This document shows, in pieces, positions 7,302-17,155 of a stretch of DNA of 64,000 bases (its first letter is position 1; every line of letters begins with the position of its first letter). The notes beneath the pieces were generated by a model. That model worked only from the letters and a program-made list of their open reading frames with translations. It was not told the origin of the DNA and made no database searches. A program made the position numbers and the translations under genes. Origin of the DNA: an uncultured Pelagibacterales bacterium (GTDB taxonomy: Bacteria; Pseudomonadota; Alphaproteobacteria; TMED109); NCBI GenBank assembly GCA_913046335.1, contig CAJWSU010000004.1, positions 30,260 to 94,259 on the forward strand, in the 5' to 3' direction.

Positions 7302-9239
7302 TTATCTCTGAGGTGACATTATATTATTTTTATAAAAATATTTTAATTTATTTTTTAATACAGGTAAACATAAGATAAAAGATAATAGCCAAATTCCATG
7401 ACTATATCTGGCTACGCCTTCATAAAATAAAAATACTAAATGGCCAGCGATGAGAGAAACTGCTAGCAGTTTTTCAATAATATTCATTTTTTTATTAAAA
7501 ATAATGAATATTAAACATAGTAAAATAACTATATACCAAGGTTCAGTATAAGATACCCAAATACTAAGGTGATGTATAACCTGGTTACAGGAATCAGATA
7601 GAGTGCTTAAGCAATTATTCCATTTTTCAGGGCCATTTCTCATGTTATTGCCAATAGTTGCAGAATTTGTAAGAGGCACAAAAACATTTCCAAAAAAGTA
7701 ATTATGATAAGTAATTAAAAGAATAGGGCTAAAACCTATACCTAAGGCTATGACTTTTTGTATCCCTTTATTATAAATAAAATATAAAGATAAGCCAGTA
7801 AACAATACCGCCACAAAAGGTAAGAAGTTAGGTCGTAAAGAAATAGCTACCGCTAATAAAAAACCAATAATTAAGAGATCTCTATTAGTATAGATAATAT
7901 TATCTCTTTTCCATAATAGAGCAAAGGCAGCAATAAGAGTTGATATTGCAATGCCTGCACCAAAACCTTCTATAGTATATTTAGCAAGATAAATTTGATA
8001 AAACCCAAAGGCCTCAAATATAGGTATAATAAAAAAACAAATAAGCATTATAATTTGCCATTTTTTATTAAATAATTTTTTTAGTAAACTCCTTATTGTA
8101 ATTGGAGTTAAAGAAATAATTAGTAGTAACCCAAAAATGCTTTCACCAAAAAAAGGCATTGTCATTCCTAATAAATATCTCATTCCTGGCATCATATAAA
8201 ATATATTTTCATTTCCTCTAAGCCATCCTATAATATCATGATGAGATAAAGATTCTACCATTTCACGCGCATAAGAATAATGTGTTAGTCCATCATTACC
8301 TCTTCCCATATAAGGGAGTCCGGAGAAACTAGAAGGATGCCCACCTCTGTAATGTTGGTCTGCCATATATAATAAAATGCTTATAACAGAAAGTGCTATT
8401 AAAGTTAGGTCTTCTCTATTTAGCTTCGTAAGTAATAATAATATAATAATGGCATTTAAAATTGATAAAATGTAGATTAATGTTTGTCTGTAGTTTTTAG
8501 TAGTAATGCTAAGTGGAATGTTTTTATTAAAATCAAAAGCATAAATTTTCAAGTATTTATCTTTTCCCCATTGTTCTTTATCTAATGTCATACATTTCTT
8601 ATTTTGAGTAAAATATTCTTGCCAACGTTCATTATCTTCAATGTATAATTTCCCAGTCCAACAAAGTTTTTCTGAAGCCATTGTATTAGGAAGAATAAAT
8701 GAAAAAATTAAAGGATAATATGCACCAGAAGAACCTAGGTCACTTCCAAAATAATTATATTTTGCATTATTTAATGTCCCAATTCGTAAAGAATACCTAT
8801 CTTTAAAGTTTAAAGATTTTATTGTTCTAGACATTTGTGGGTTATCAAAAAAAGCATCTGCTGAAAATGCCCATGGGTTTTCTGTTTTTTCTGTATTGGC
8901 TGGGTAAGAATCAAAAGGTTGCTTTAAACTACCCCATTCATTTTTTGCCATATTGGTAATATCTTCTGGTAATATATTTTTTAAATAAATATCTTCCGGA
9001 GAATAGATTTGTTCTCCCATTTCTACATTAGGGGGATAAATTTGACTTTTTACAATGAAAAGACTGGCAAGCAAAATGCATGATATTAACCACATTATGG
9101 GTTTAGTATTAATTTTATTTAAGAATATTCCATATAGTGCGACCAAAATGGTAACAAATGCTCCCCAATTAGCTAAAGGAAGCCCAAAACATAATATAAT
9201 AAAAAGTAATAATATTATGTTTAATAAATATCTCTTCAT
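7302..9239 (-). CDS. large polytopic membrane protein, ArnT/PMT-like GT-C glycosyltransferase with an N-terminal extension
   Basis: NDGLTHYSYAREMVESL resembles the ArnT DExRYAEISREM loop and is followed by about 10 TM helices. The track ORF runs to 9275, but the ATG at 9239 abuts the upstream stop (9241-9243). Confidence 0.65.
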   Translation of the reverse strand: MKRYLLNIILLLFIILCFGLPLANWGAFVTILVALYGIFLNKINTKPIMWLISCILLASLFIVKSQIYPPNVEMGEQIYSPEDIYLKNILPEDITNMAKNEWGSLKQPFDSYPANTEKTENPWAFSADAFFDNPQMSRTIKSLNFKDRYSLRIGTLNNAKYNYFGSDLGSSGAYYPLIFSFILPNTMASEKLCWTGKLYIEDNERWQEYFTQNKKCMTLDKEQWGKDKYLKIYAFDFNKNIPLSITTKNYRQTLIYILSILNAIIILLLLTKLNREDLTLIALSVISILLYMADQHYRGGHPSSFSGLPYMGRGNDGLTHYSYAREMVESLSHHDIIGWLRGNENIFYMMPGMRYLLGMTMPFFGESIFGLLLIISLTPITIRSLLKKLFNKKWQIIMLICFFIIPIFEAFGFYQIYLAKYTIEGFGAGIAISTLIAAFALLWKRDNIIYTNRDLLIIGFLLAVAISLRPNFLPFVAVLFTGLSLYFIYNKGIQKVIALGIGFSPILLITYHNYFFGNVFVPLTNSATIGNNMRNGPEKWNNCLSTLSDSCNQVIHHLSIWVSYTEPWYIVILLCLIFIIFNKKMNIIEKLLAVSLIAGHLVFLFYEGVARYSHGIWLLSFILCLPVLKNKLKYFYKNNIMSPQR

Positions 9240-9240
9240 A

Positions 9241-10212
9241 TTATTTAATATGTTCCCAATGCTTATATGCTTCAATAATCATATCTGTATCAGACTGTTC
9301 TGGTTTCCATTTAATTTTAGAATATGTATCTGAAATATCAACGATATAATTTTTATCAGCAATTTTATATTGTTCTTTGTATAAAATAGGCATGCCCATT
9401 TTTTCCATAAATTTTAGTATTAATTTTAAAGGAATAGAAGGTAAAGGAATTAAAAAAGATTTTGAATTAACTTTTTTAATTAATAACCTTAAAAGGTTTT
9501 TTACGTCAGGACCGGGCTCTGAACCTAAATTTAATTCATAATTAGGAAAATTATGTTTAACAGAAAGGATTGCAGCTCTAGCACAGTCTTCTACTGAAAC
9601 CATTTGATAGCAATTTTTTCCACTGCCTATAAGTGGAACAGGCTTATTGGAATTTATTGCGTTAAATAATTTTTCCATTATTCCTAGCCTTCCTTTACCC
9701 ATGATCAATCGTGGCCTAAGTATTGTAACAGATAAACCATTTTTTCTAGATTTAATACATAGTTTTTCTGCCTCGAGTTTGCTCTGACCATATGGACCTA
9801 TTGGATTTTTATCATGACTAGGGTTTAAGGGTATAAAATTTGGAACTCCATATACCATGTCTGTAGAGAAAAATATTAAACCTTTTACCTTTGATTTTAT
9901 ACAATGTTTAATTATATTTTGTGTACCTATAACATTAACTTCTCTAAACCATTCCAATTGATTTCTTTTTGGAATTTTTGTGTGATATTGTCTTGCAGCT
10001 AAATGTATAATTATGTCATCTTTTAAAAATTTAGGAATAATATTTTTTGAAATATCACATTCGGCTAACGTCACTTTTACGTTAATACCTTTAAGAGTAT
10101 CTTTTAAATCTGCAATAATAATATTAGATTTAGATATTTTCATGCTGATTAACTTCTCAGCAATTTGAAGGCCTGTTAAACCTGCTCCTCCAACTAAAAT
10201 CCATCGAGACAT
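9241..10212 (-). CDS. NAD-dependent epimerase/dehydratase (extended SDR)
   Basis: The translation has WILVGGAGLTG (Rossmann) and GPYGQSKLEAE (YxxxK). The internal ATG at 10212 lies 2 nt after the upstream stop, and the track's N-terminal extension overlaps the upstream gene. Confidence 0.85.
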   Translation of the reverse strand: MSRWILVGGAGLTGLQIAEKLISMKISKSNIIIADLKDTLKGINVKVTLAECDISKNIIPKFLKDDIIIHLAARQYHTKIPKRNQLEWFREVNVIGTQNIIKHCIKSKVKGLIFFSTDMVYGVPNFIPLNPSHDKNPIGPYGQSKLEAEKLCIKSRKNGLSVTILRPRLIMGKGRLGIMEKLFNAINSNKPVPLIGSGKNCYQMVSVEDCARAAILSVKHNFPNYELNLGSEPGPDVKNLLRLLIKKVNSKSFLIPLPSIPLKLILKFMEKMGMPILYKEQYKIADKNYIVDISDTYSKIKWKPEQSDTDMIIEAYKHWEHIK

Positions 10213-10214
10213 AA

Positions 10215-10592
10215 TTAATGAACTCTCGCAGAAAAAGCTAAAATAATTAAACCAATAGAAATGAATATAAGAGCTAAAATTCTTGTAAAACCTATATTTT
10301 CTTGAAAAACTAGCCAAGCTAAAATAGTAACAACTATATAACCTAAAGCTTGGAAAGGATATGCTAAACTTACATCCACTTTAGATAGAACCCAAAGCCA
10401 TAGTAGTATGGATACCCCATATGCAATAAAACCAGATATTATATATGGGTTTAATGCTATAGAAATACAGGTATTAACAATATTATTTTTAAGGTCTATA
10501 GCTCCAAATTGTTTCATACCTGCTTTTAATAATATTTGAGCTAGAGCATTTAATAATACACTAGAGATTATAAATATAAAATTAGTTATCAT
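10215..10592 (-). CDS. small EamA/SMR-like 4-TM transporter (ArnE/ArnF-type flippase subunit-like)
   Basis: 125 aa with four helices and an LAYPFQALGYIVV motif. A paralog lies at 61664-62038. Confidence 0.7.
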   Translation of the reverse strand: MITNFIFIISSVLLNALAQILLKAGMKQFGAIDLKNNIVNTCISIALNPYIISGFIAYGVSILLWLWVLSKVDVSLAYPFQALGYIVVTILAWLVFQENIGFTRILALIFISIGLIILAFSARVH

Positions 10593-10594
10593 TA

Positions 10595-11533
10595 TTATTT
10601 TTCATTTGTTAATTCTAAAAATAATTCTTCTAGGTCAGGTTCTTTTGAGTTTATAGTTTTGATTTTAGCTCCACTATTATAAATCTTTTCGATTATTGCT
10701 CCTTCATTTATTTCACTTGGCCTGAAAGATATTTTTATTGAGTTTTTACTCATTATACTCATATTTATACCTTCTAATTTTATTTTATTTGCATCATCAT
10801 TTTCTAGTGAAATAATTAATTCTTTTTTATCAAGTTTATTTAACATCGCTGATGTTTGTCCTTCAGCAACAATTTGACCTTTATTTACTATCGCTAAGCT
10901 GTCACACATTGCTTCAGCTTCTTCAAGGTAATGTGTAGTTAAAATAATAGTGACGCCAGCTTCATTTAATTTTCTTACTTCTTTCCACAAAGATTGTCTA
11001 AGAGCAACATCAACGCCTGCTGTAGGTTCATCTAAAATTAAAATAGGCGGCCTATGAACCATGGCTTTTCCTATCATTAGTCTTCTTCGCATTCCTCCAG
11101 AAAGGCTTCTTGCATATGCATCTGCTTTATCTAATAATCCAACTGTTTCTAAAATTTCTTCTACACAGTTCTCACTTTTAGGAACTCCATAATAGCCACT
11201 TTGGTATTCTAAGGTTTCTCTAGGAGTAAAAAAAGGATCTAAAATAAGTTCTTGAGGAACAACGCCAATAGCTAATTTAGCATTTCTTTCATGTATATCT
11301 ATATCATTGCCCCAAACTTCAACCTTACCTTCAGTTTTTAAAACGAGTCCAGCTATAATATTTATTAAGGTAGATTTACCAGCGCCATTAGCTCCTAATA
11401 AGCCAAATATAGATTTTTTAGGAATATTTAAATTAATACCTTTAAGAGCTTCGAATGCATTTGGTTTCTTATGATTATAAATTTTTTTTAAACCAGATAT
11501 TTCAATAGCAAAATTTTGATTAATATTAGTCAT
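10595..11533 (-). CDS. ABC transporter ATP-binding protein (ABC-2/DrrA-like) with a C-terminal accessory domain
   Basis: The translation has Walker A GANGAGKST, signature LSGGMRRR, Walker B ILILDEPT and an H-loop TTHY. Confidence 0.9.
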   Translation of the reverse strand: MTNINQNFAIEISGLKKIYNHKKPNAFEALKGINLNIPKKSIFGLLGANGAGKSTLINIIAGLVLKTEGKVEVWGNDIDIHERNAKLAIGVVPQELILDPFFTPRETLEYQSGYYGVPKSENCVEEILETVGLLDKADAYARSLSGGMRRRLMIGKAMVHRPPILILDEPTAGVDVALRQSLWKEVRKLNEAGVTIILTTHYLEEAEAMCDSLAIVNKGQIVAEGQTSAMLNKLDKKELIISLENDDANKIKLEGINMSIMSKNSIKISFRPSEINEGAIIEKIYNSGAKIKTINSKEPDLEELFLELTNEK

Positions 11534-11633
11534 ATATTTTATTCTTTAATAGTTTATAATGAATTGATATAAGTGTCGGTAGCATTTTCATAAGTTAAAT
11601 TCAATATATAATAAGTAGAAGGTTTTTATTATT

Positions 11634-11804
11634 ATGTCCTCAAATACAAAAAAGAATAAAGAAAAATTAATTAAGATTGAAAAAGTATTTTGTGCGGGAG
11701 GTGAAGATGGGGATGGTCACCCTAAAGTATACTTAAGTATAGGTGAAAAAGACAAATCAATTAGCTGTCCTTATTGCGGAAATATATTTACTAGATCTTC
11801 TTAG
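11634..11804 (+). CDS. zinc-finger (zf-CHCC / NDUFS6-like) domain protein, 56 aa
   Basis: My own translation is MSSNTKKNKEKLIKIEKVFCAGGEDGDGHPKVYLSIGEKDKSISCPYCGNIFTRSS. The C...HP...CPYCG pattern is typical of this small alphaproteobacterial protein. The ORF was too short for the track. Confidence 0.7.
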   Translation: MSSNTKKNKEKLIKIEKVFCAGGEDGDGHPKVYLSIGEKDKSISCPYCGNIFTRSS

Positions 11805-12933
11805 TTTTTATAAAAAATAAAGATATTATTACTCCAATTAAAGCAATTAAAGAAGAGAAGAAAAAAGACTTTTCATAATATAAGTTATAAATATCTCCAG
11901 AAACAGCAATGGATATTGCTAAACAAGCTCCCATAGATATCGCAGAATATAATGCTTGGCTCTTAGCTTGGGCTCTAGCAGGCATAACCTCAGATATAAA
12001 ATATATTGCAGCTAGATGAGTAAGTCCAAATGTAAAAGCATGAAGAATTTGTATTATTGCAAGAAAAAAAATATTATCTGCATACACCATCAAAGCCCAC
12101 CTAATGCTTGCTATAATTCCTGCCAAAATTAGAAAATTTTTTGATGAGGTATAATTTTTAAACTTATAAAAATAAGCTAAAAGAATAATTTCAAAAACAA
12201 CTCCTTCAGCCCATAATGAGCCAATTATAGTTTCGGATAAGCCAATACTTTTCCAATAGATTGTTGAAAAACCGTAATATAATCCGTGACTACTTTGTAT
12301 TGCTCCACAAGCTAGTAAAAAGGGAAAAAAATTTCTATTACTTAATAAGGAATACGAAGTTATTTTATGTCTTGCTGGTAAAGATTTAATTGTTGGCATA
12401 ATGCATATTGAAACAAAGACTAGTAATGCTCCAAAAGACAATAATATAGGTACATATTTTAATCCATTCGCTTCAATAATTAATCCCCCAAAAAAAGCTG
12501 CTACAATGAAAGCAACCGAGCCCCATAATCTAGTTTTGCCATAATCAAATTTATATTTTTTAAGTGCAGTAGTCGTTACACTCTCTGTTAAGGGCATTAA
12601 AGGGGCAAATAATGCCCAGCTAAAGACAGAAATAATTGCTATAGAATAGATGGAATTAAAAAAGTTTAAGGATAATAATATTAAAAAGGCCAAAAATGAT
12701 AGATAAAGCATAGGTATTTTTCTATTGCCATATTTATCTCCTAAACCAGCAAAAAAAGGGTTAGCAACAAGTTTAGTTAAAACAGCAGAAGATAATATAA
12801 ATGCAATATAGCGCTCTTCAAAACCTTTTGATGATAGCCAAAGAGGAAAAAAAGGAGCATTAATTCCAATCACAACGAATATAGAAAAATATACTAGAGA
12901 AAACTTTGATGAAATTTTATTATTAAATAACAT
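11791..12933 (-). CDS. MFS transporter (12 TM helices)
   Basis: 380 aa, hydrophobic throughout, with a GDKYGNRK loop 2-3 motif. Confidence 0.8.
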   Translation of the reverse strand: MLFNNKISSKFSLVYFSIFVVIGINAPFFPLWLSSKGFEERYIAFILSSAVLTKLVANPFFAGLGDKYGNRKIPMLYLSFLAFLILLSLNFFNSIYSIAIISVFSWALFAPLMPLTESVTTTALKKYKFDYGKTRLWGSVAFIVAAFFGGLIIEANGLKYVPILLSFGALLVFVSICIMPTIKSLPARHKITSYSLLSNRNFFPFLLACGAIQSSHGLYYGFSTIYWKSIGLSETIIGSLWAEGVVFEIILLAYFYKFKNYTSSKNFLILAGIIASIRWALMVYADNIFFLAIIQILHAFTFGLTHLAAIYFISEVMPARAQAKSQALYSAISMGACLAISIAVSGDIYNLYYEKSFFFSSLIALIGVIISLFFIKTKKI

Positions 12934-13040
12934 TCTTTGCTGTTAACAATATTTAGTTTTGTTTAGCAAGTTAATTTTAATAAAGAAGTATAGAATATTA
13001 TATAATTTGGTGATATTAAAATATAATAGGATAATACTTT

Positions 13041-15839
13041 ATGGATGTTAACGAAAAAAAAAATGATAAAAAAAGATCGCTGACATTAGTTGATGGATCA
13101 GGCTTTATTTTTAGAGCTTACTATGCATTGCCACCTCTTACTAGAAAAGATGGAACTCCTATAAACGCCGTTATGGGATATTGCAATATGATTTGGCGTT
13201 TAATTGCAGAAACAAAAACAGACTCTTTAGCTGTGATATTTGATACAGCCTCTAAAACATTTAGAAATGAAATATACAAGGAATATAAGGCTAATAGATC
13301 TGAAGCACCTGAAGATTTGGTTCCACAATTTTCTTTAATACGAGAAGCTACTAAAGCTTTTAATATTCCATATATAGAATTAGCCGGATATGAAGCAGAC
13401 GATATTATAGCAACATACGCAAGTCAGGCAAGTAGTGAAGGATGGAAAGTTGATATAATTTCATCTGATAAAGACCTGATGCAGTTAGTTAAAGATAACA
13501 TCAAAATGATAGATCCAATGAAGATGATTACTATCGATAAAGAACAGGTATTTAAAAAATTTGGTGTGTATCCTGATAGGGTAATAGATGTACAAGCTTT
13601 AGCAGGAGATAGCACAGATAATATACCTGGAGTTCCAGGTATAGGTATCAAGACAGCAGCAGAATTAATTAATCATTATGGTGATTTAGAATCATTGCTA
13701 ACGCGAGCACATGAAATTAAACAGCCTAAAAGAAAAGAAAATTTAGTTAATTTTGCTGATTTAGCAAGAATTAGTATGAAGTTAGTTACGTTATCTGATG
13801 ATGTCAAAGAAATAGAAGATTTTAAAAAATTTAAGAGGCAGGATATTGACCTTAATAAGCTAAAAACATTTTTATTAGCACAAGGCTTTAATAGTCTTAT
13901 AGGAAGGTTACCTAATGAAGATGGCTTTATTGAAAGTAAAAGTGCCTACGTAGCTTTGCCACAAGATAAAGAAGAAACACAATCTAAAATAGATATAGAT
14001 ATTAATTATAAGCTTATTACAGAAGAAAAAGATTTAATAAATTGGGTTAGAGGTATTTATTTAAAAGGCTTTGTCGCAGTGGACACCGAAACAACTTCTA
14101 TAGATTCTGTTTCAGCTGATTTAGTAGGCGTTTCTTTATCTTTTGAACCTGGAAATGCTATTTATATTCCTCTTGCACATAAGTCTAAAGAAGGAGCAAT
14201 AATTGCTGAAGAGATTAAACAAATAGATGTTAACAAAGCATTATCTATTTTAAAACCGATTCTAGAGGATCCTAGTATTATAAAAATTGGACAAAATATT
14301 AAATATGATATGACCATATTAAAAAATGCAGGAAATATTAATATTTATCCTATTCATGACACAATGTTAATGTCTTTTGTTTTAGACGCTGGTAAGCACA
14401 TTGGACATGGTATGGATGCACTTGCTAAAGCTCATTTAAATATTTCCACAATAAGTTATTCAGAGATTACTGGAAAAGGCAAAGATCAAGTAACTTTTGA
14501 CTATGTTCCCTTAGATAAAGCACTAGTATATGCCGCCCAAGATGCTGATATTACTTTACGTTTATATTTAAACTTTAATAAAAGGTTAATTAAAGAAAAA
14601 ATGGTTACTCTTTATGAATCTATAGAGCGACCTCTTCCATCTGTAATTTCTAATATGGAAAGGAATGGCGTAGGTATTGATCCATCATACCTTAAAGGTT
14701 TAAGTACTGTTTTTTTAAAAAAAATGATTCCCATTCAGGAAAAAATATTTGTTTTAGCTGAAGAAGATTTTAATATAGCTTCTCCTAAACAATTAGGAGA
14801 AATTTTATATAATAAGCTTGGTTTAAAAGGTGGAAAAAAAGGTAAGTCTGGTTTGTATTCTACTTCAGCTGAGGTTTTAGAAAAACTAGGGCAAGATGGA
14901 AATGAAATATGTAAATTAGTAATAAGTTGGAGAGGATTGCAAAAATTAAAAAGCACTTACTCAGATGCTTTAGTAGAGCAGATAAATCCTTCTACTAATA
15001 GAGTACATACTCACTTTCAGATGACTGGAGCTATGACAGGAAGGTTTTCTTCGAGCAATCCTAATTTGCAAAATATACCAATAAAATCTGCAGACGGACG
15101 TGCAATAAGAAAAGCTTTTATAGCTCAAAAAGGTAAAAAGTTAATTGCTTTTGATTACTCTCAGATAGAGTTAAGATTATTAGCTGAAGTAGCTAAGATC
15201 GATCCTTTAATAGAAGCTTTTAAAAATGGTATTGATATTCATAAATTGACTGCTTCACAAGTTTTTGGAATTAAACCAGAAGATGTAACAGGCGAAATGA
15301 GAAGAAACGCAAAAGCTATCAATTTTGGAATAATATATGGACAGAGTGCATTTGGTTTAGCAAAGCAATTGAATATTTCTAGAACAGAAGCTAAAGAATA
15401 TATAGATTCTTATTTTTTTCAGTACCCAGGAATAAAAAAATATATGGAAAATACCCAAGATTTTGCTAGAAGAAATGGATATGTGGAAACGGTCTTTGGC
15501 AGAAGGTGTTATGTTCCAAGTATAAATGATAAAAATCCTATGAGACGAGCAGGAGCAGAACGGCAAGCTATTAATGCCCCATTGCAAGGAGCAGCAGCTG
15601 ACATAATTAAAAGGTCTATGAAAAATATACCTGAAATATTAAATGATCATAAAATTGATGCCAAGTTAATTTTGCAAGTACATGATGAATTAATATTTGA
15701 ATGTGCAGAAATAGAAGCAGATAGACTGATCCCTATAATAAAGTCTATAATGGTGAACGCACCTAATCCCTCATTTAAAATGATAGTGCCTTTAGAGGTG
15801 GAGGCTGGAATAGGAAATAATTGGGATGAAGCGCATTAA
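13041..15839 (+). CDS. polA: DNA polymerase I
   Basis: 932 aa. It has a 5' nuclease domain (LVDGSGFIFRAYYA), a 3'-5' exonuclease domain (VAVDTETTS), and polymerase motifs DYSQIELR, RRNAKAINFGIIYG and QVHDEL. Confidence 0.98.
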   Translation: MDVNEKKNDKKRSLTLVDGSGFIFRAYYALPPLTRKDGTPINAVMGYCNMIWRLIAETKTDSLAVIFDTASKTFRNEIYKEYKANRSEAPEDLVPQFSLIREATKAFNIPYIELAGYEADDIIATYASQASSEGWKVDIISSDKDLMQLVKDNIKMIDPMKMITIDKEQVFKKFGVYPDRVIDVQALAGDSTDNIPGVPGIGIKTAAELINHYGDLESLLTRAHEIKQPKRKENLVNFADLARISMKLVTLSDDVKEIEDFKKFKRQDIDLNKLKTFLLAQGFNSLIGRLPNEDGFIESKSAYVALPQDKEETQSKIDIDINYKLITEEKDLINWVRGIYLKGFVAVDTETTSIDSVSADLVGVSLSFEPGNAIYIPLAHKSKEGAIIAEEIKQIDVNKALSILKPILEDPSIIKIGQNIKYDMTILKNAGNINIYPIHDTMLMSFVLDAGKHIGHGMDALAKAHLNISTISYSEITGKGKDQVTFDYVPLDKALVYAAQDADITLRLYLNFNKRLIKEKMVTLYESIERPLPSVISNMERNGVGIDPSYLKGLSTVFLKKMIPIQEKIFVLAEEDFNIASPKQLGEILYNKLGLKGGKKGKSGLYSTSAEVLEKLGQDGNEICKLVISWRGLQKLKSTYSDALVEQINPSTNRVHTHFQMTGAMTGRFSSSNPNLQNIPIKSADGRAIRKAFIAQKGKKLIAFDYSQIELRLLAEVAKIDPLIEAFKNGIDIHKLTASQVFGIKPEDVTGEMRRNAKAINFGIIYGQSAFGLAKQLNISRTEAKEYIDSYFFQYPGIKKYMENTQDFARRNGYVETVFGRRCYVPSINDKNPMRRAGAERQAINAPLQGAAADIIKRSMKNIPEILNDHKIDAKLILQVHDELIFECAEIEADRLIPIIKSIMVNAPNPSFKMIVPLEVEAGIGNNWDEAH

Positions 15840-15913
15840 ATTTAATCTAAATATTTTATTTTAAAAATTTTAATAAATAAGATACACTATATTTTTACTT
15901 TTAGGAGAATATT

Positions 15914-17146
15914 ATGAAAGCAAATACAAAACTTTTTAGTCCACTTAAGATTAGAAGTGTAACAATTCCTAATAGAATTGTTTTATCACCATTATGCATG
16001 TATTCAGCTAATGATGGTGTAGCCACAGAATGGCAATTTGCTCATTTAAGTACATTTGCTAGAGGTAAAACAGGTTTAATTTTTGCTGAGGCTACGGCCG
16101 TAGAAGCAAGAGGAAGAATTACCCCAGGATGTCTAGGTATATGGACTGATGAACAAGCAGAAGCTTTAATTCCTGTTACATCTTTTATAGAAAAAATGGG
16201 ATGCGTTCCTGGAATGCAATTAGCTCATGCAGGAAGAAAAGCTGGAACTAAAAGTCCTTGGAATGGAGGAACTCCTCTTGATGAAGAAGATATTAAAGCT
16301 GGAAACTCTCCATGGGATATAATAGCTCCCTCTGATATTCCAGTAGCTGAAGGCTGGGTTGTTCCAAAAGCTATGGACGAAAAAGATATTAAAGAGATTG
16401 TCAAAGCATTTTCTGATGCTGCAAAAAGAGCGGTTAAAGTAGGCTTTAAAGTAATTGAAATTCATTCTGCACACGGTTATCTAATGCATAGTTTTTTATC
16501 TCCTTTAGCTAATAAGAGAAACGATAGTTATGGAGGTGATATTCATGGTCGTATGCGTCTTTTACTTGAAGTTGTTGATGCAGTTCGCTCTGTAATTCCA
16601 GAAGATATGCCATTATTTTGCAGAATATCAGCAGTTGATGGAATAGAAAATGGTTGGGAAATAGAAGATTCTGTAATTTTAGCTGAGAAATTAGGAGATC
16701 ATGGTGTAGATGTAATTGATTGTTCTGGAGGAGGTATTTCTGGAGCACCTTTATTTCGTGTAAATAAATCTGGAAAACCGATGAAAACAAACATGGATAG
16801 AGGTCCAGGTTTTCAAGTACCATTTGCAGATCAAGTAAAAAAAGAATCTGGCATGAAAACTATGGCTGTAGGAGTTATAGTTGACCCTCATCAAGCGGAG
16901 CAAGTATTACAAGAAGATAAAGCTGATTTAATCGCTATAGGAAGAGAGTTAATGTATAATCCTTTTTGGGCTTTACATGCGGCACAAGCCCTGGAAGCCG
17001 ATCCTGAATTTGAAATGTGGCCAGAGCAATATAAATGGGGAGTAAATAGAAGAGGCAAACTTGCAGAGTTTAAAGGTGTAAGAGATGAGGCAATAGATGA
17101 GAAAGATACAGTTTCTCATCTATCTGACATATACAATAAAAAATAA
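15914..17146 (+). CDS. NADH:flavin oxidoreductase, Old Yellow Enzyme family
   Basis: The translation has HSAHGYLMHSFLSPLANKRNDSYGG and a C-terminal GRELMYNPFW. Confidence 0.9.
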   Translation: MKANTKLFSPLKIRSVTIPNRIVLSPLCMYSANDGVATEWQFAHLSTFARGKTGLIFAEATAVEARGRITPGCLGIWTDEQAEALIPVTSFIEKMGCVPGMQLAHAGRKAGTKSPWNGGTPLDEEDIKAGNSPWDIIAPSDIPVAEGWVVPKAMDEKDIKEIVKAFSDAAKRAVKVGFKVIEIHSAHGYLMHSFLSPLANKRNDSYGGDIHGRMRLLLEVVDAVRSVIPEDMPLFCRISAVDGIENGWEIEDSVILAEKLGDHGVDVIDCSGGGISGAPLFRVNKSGKPMKTNMDRGPGFQVPFADQVKKESGMKTMAVGVIVDPHQAEQVLQEDKADLIAIGRELMYNPFWALHAAQALEADPEFEMWPEQYKWGVNRRGKLAEFKGVRDEAIDEKDTVSHLSDIYNKK

Positions 17147-17155
17147 GTTATTTAT

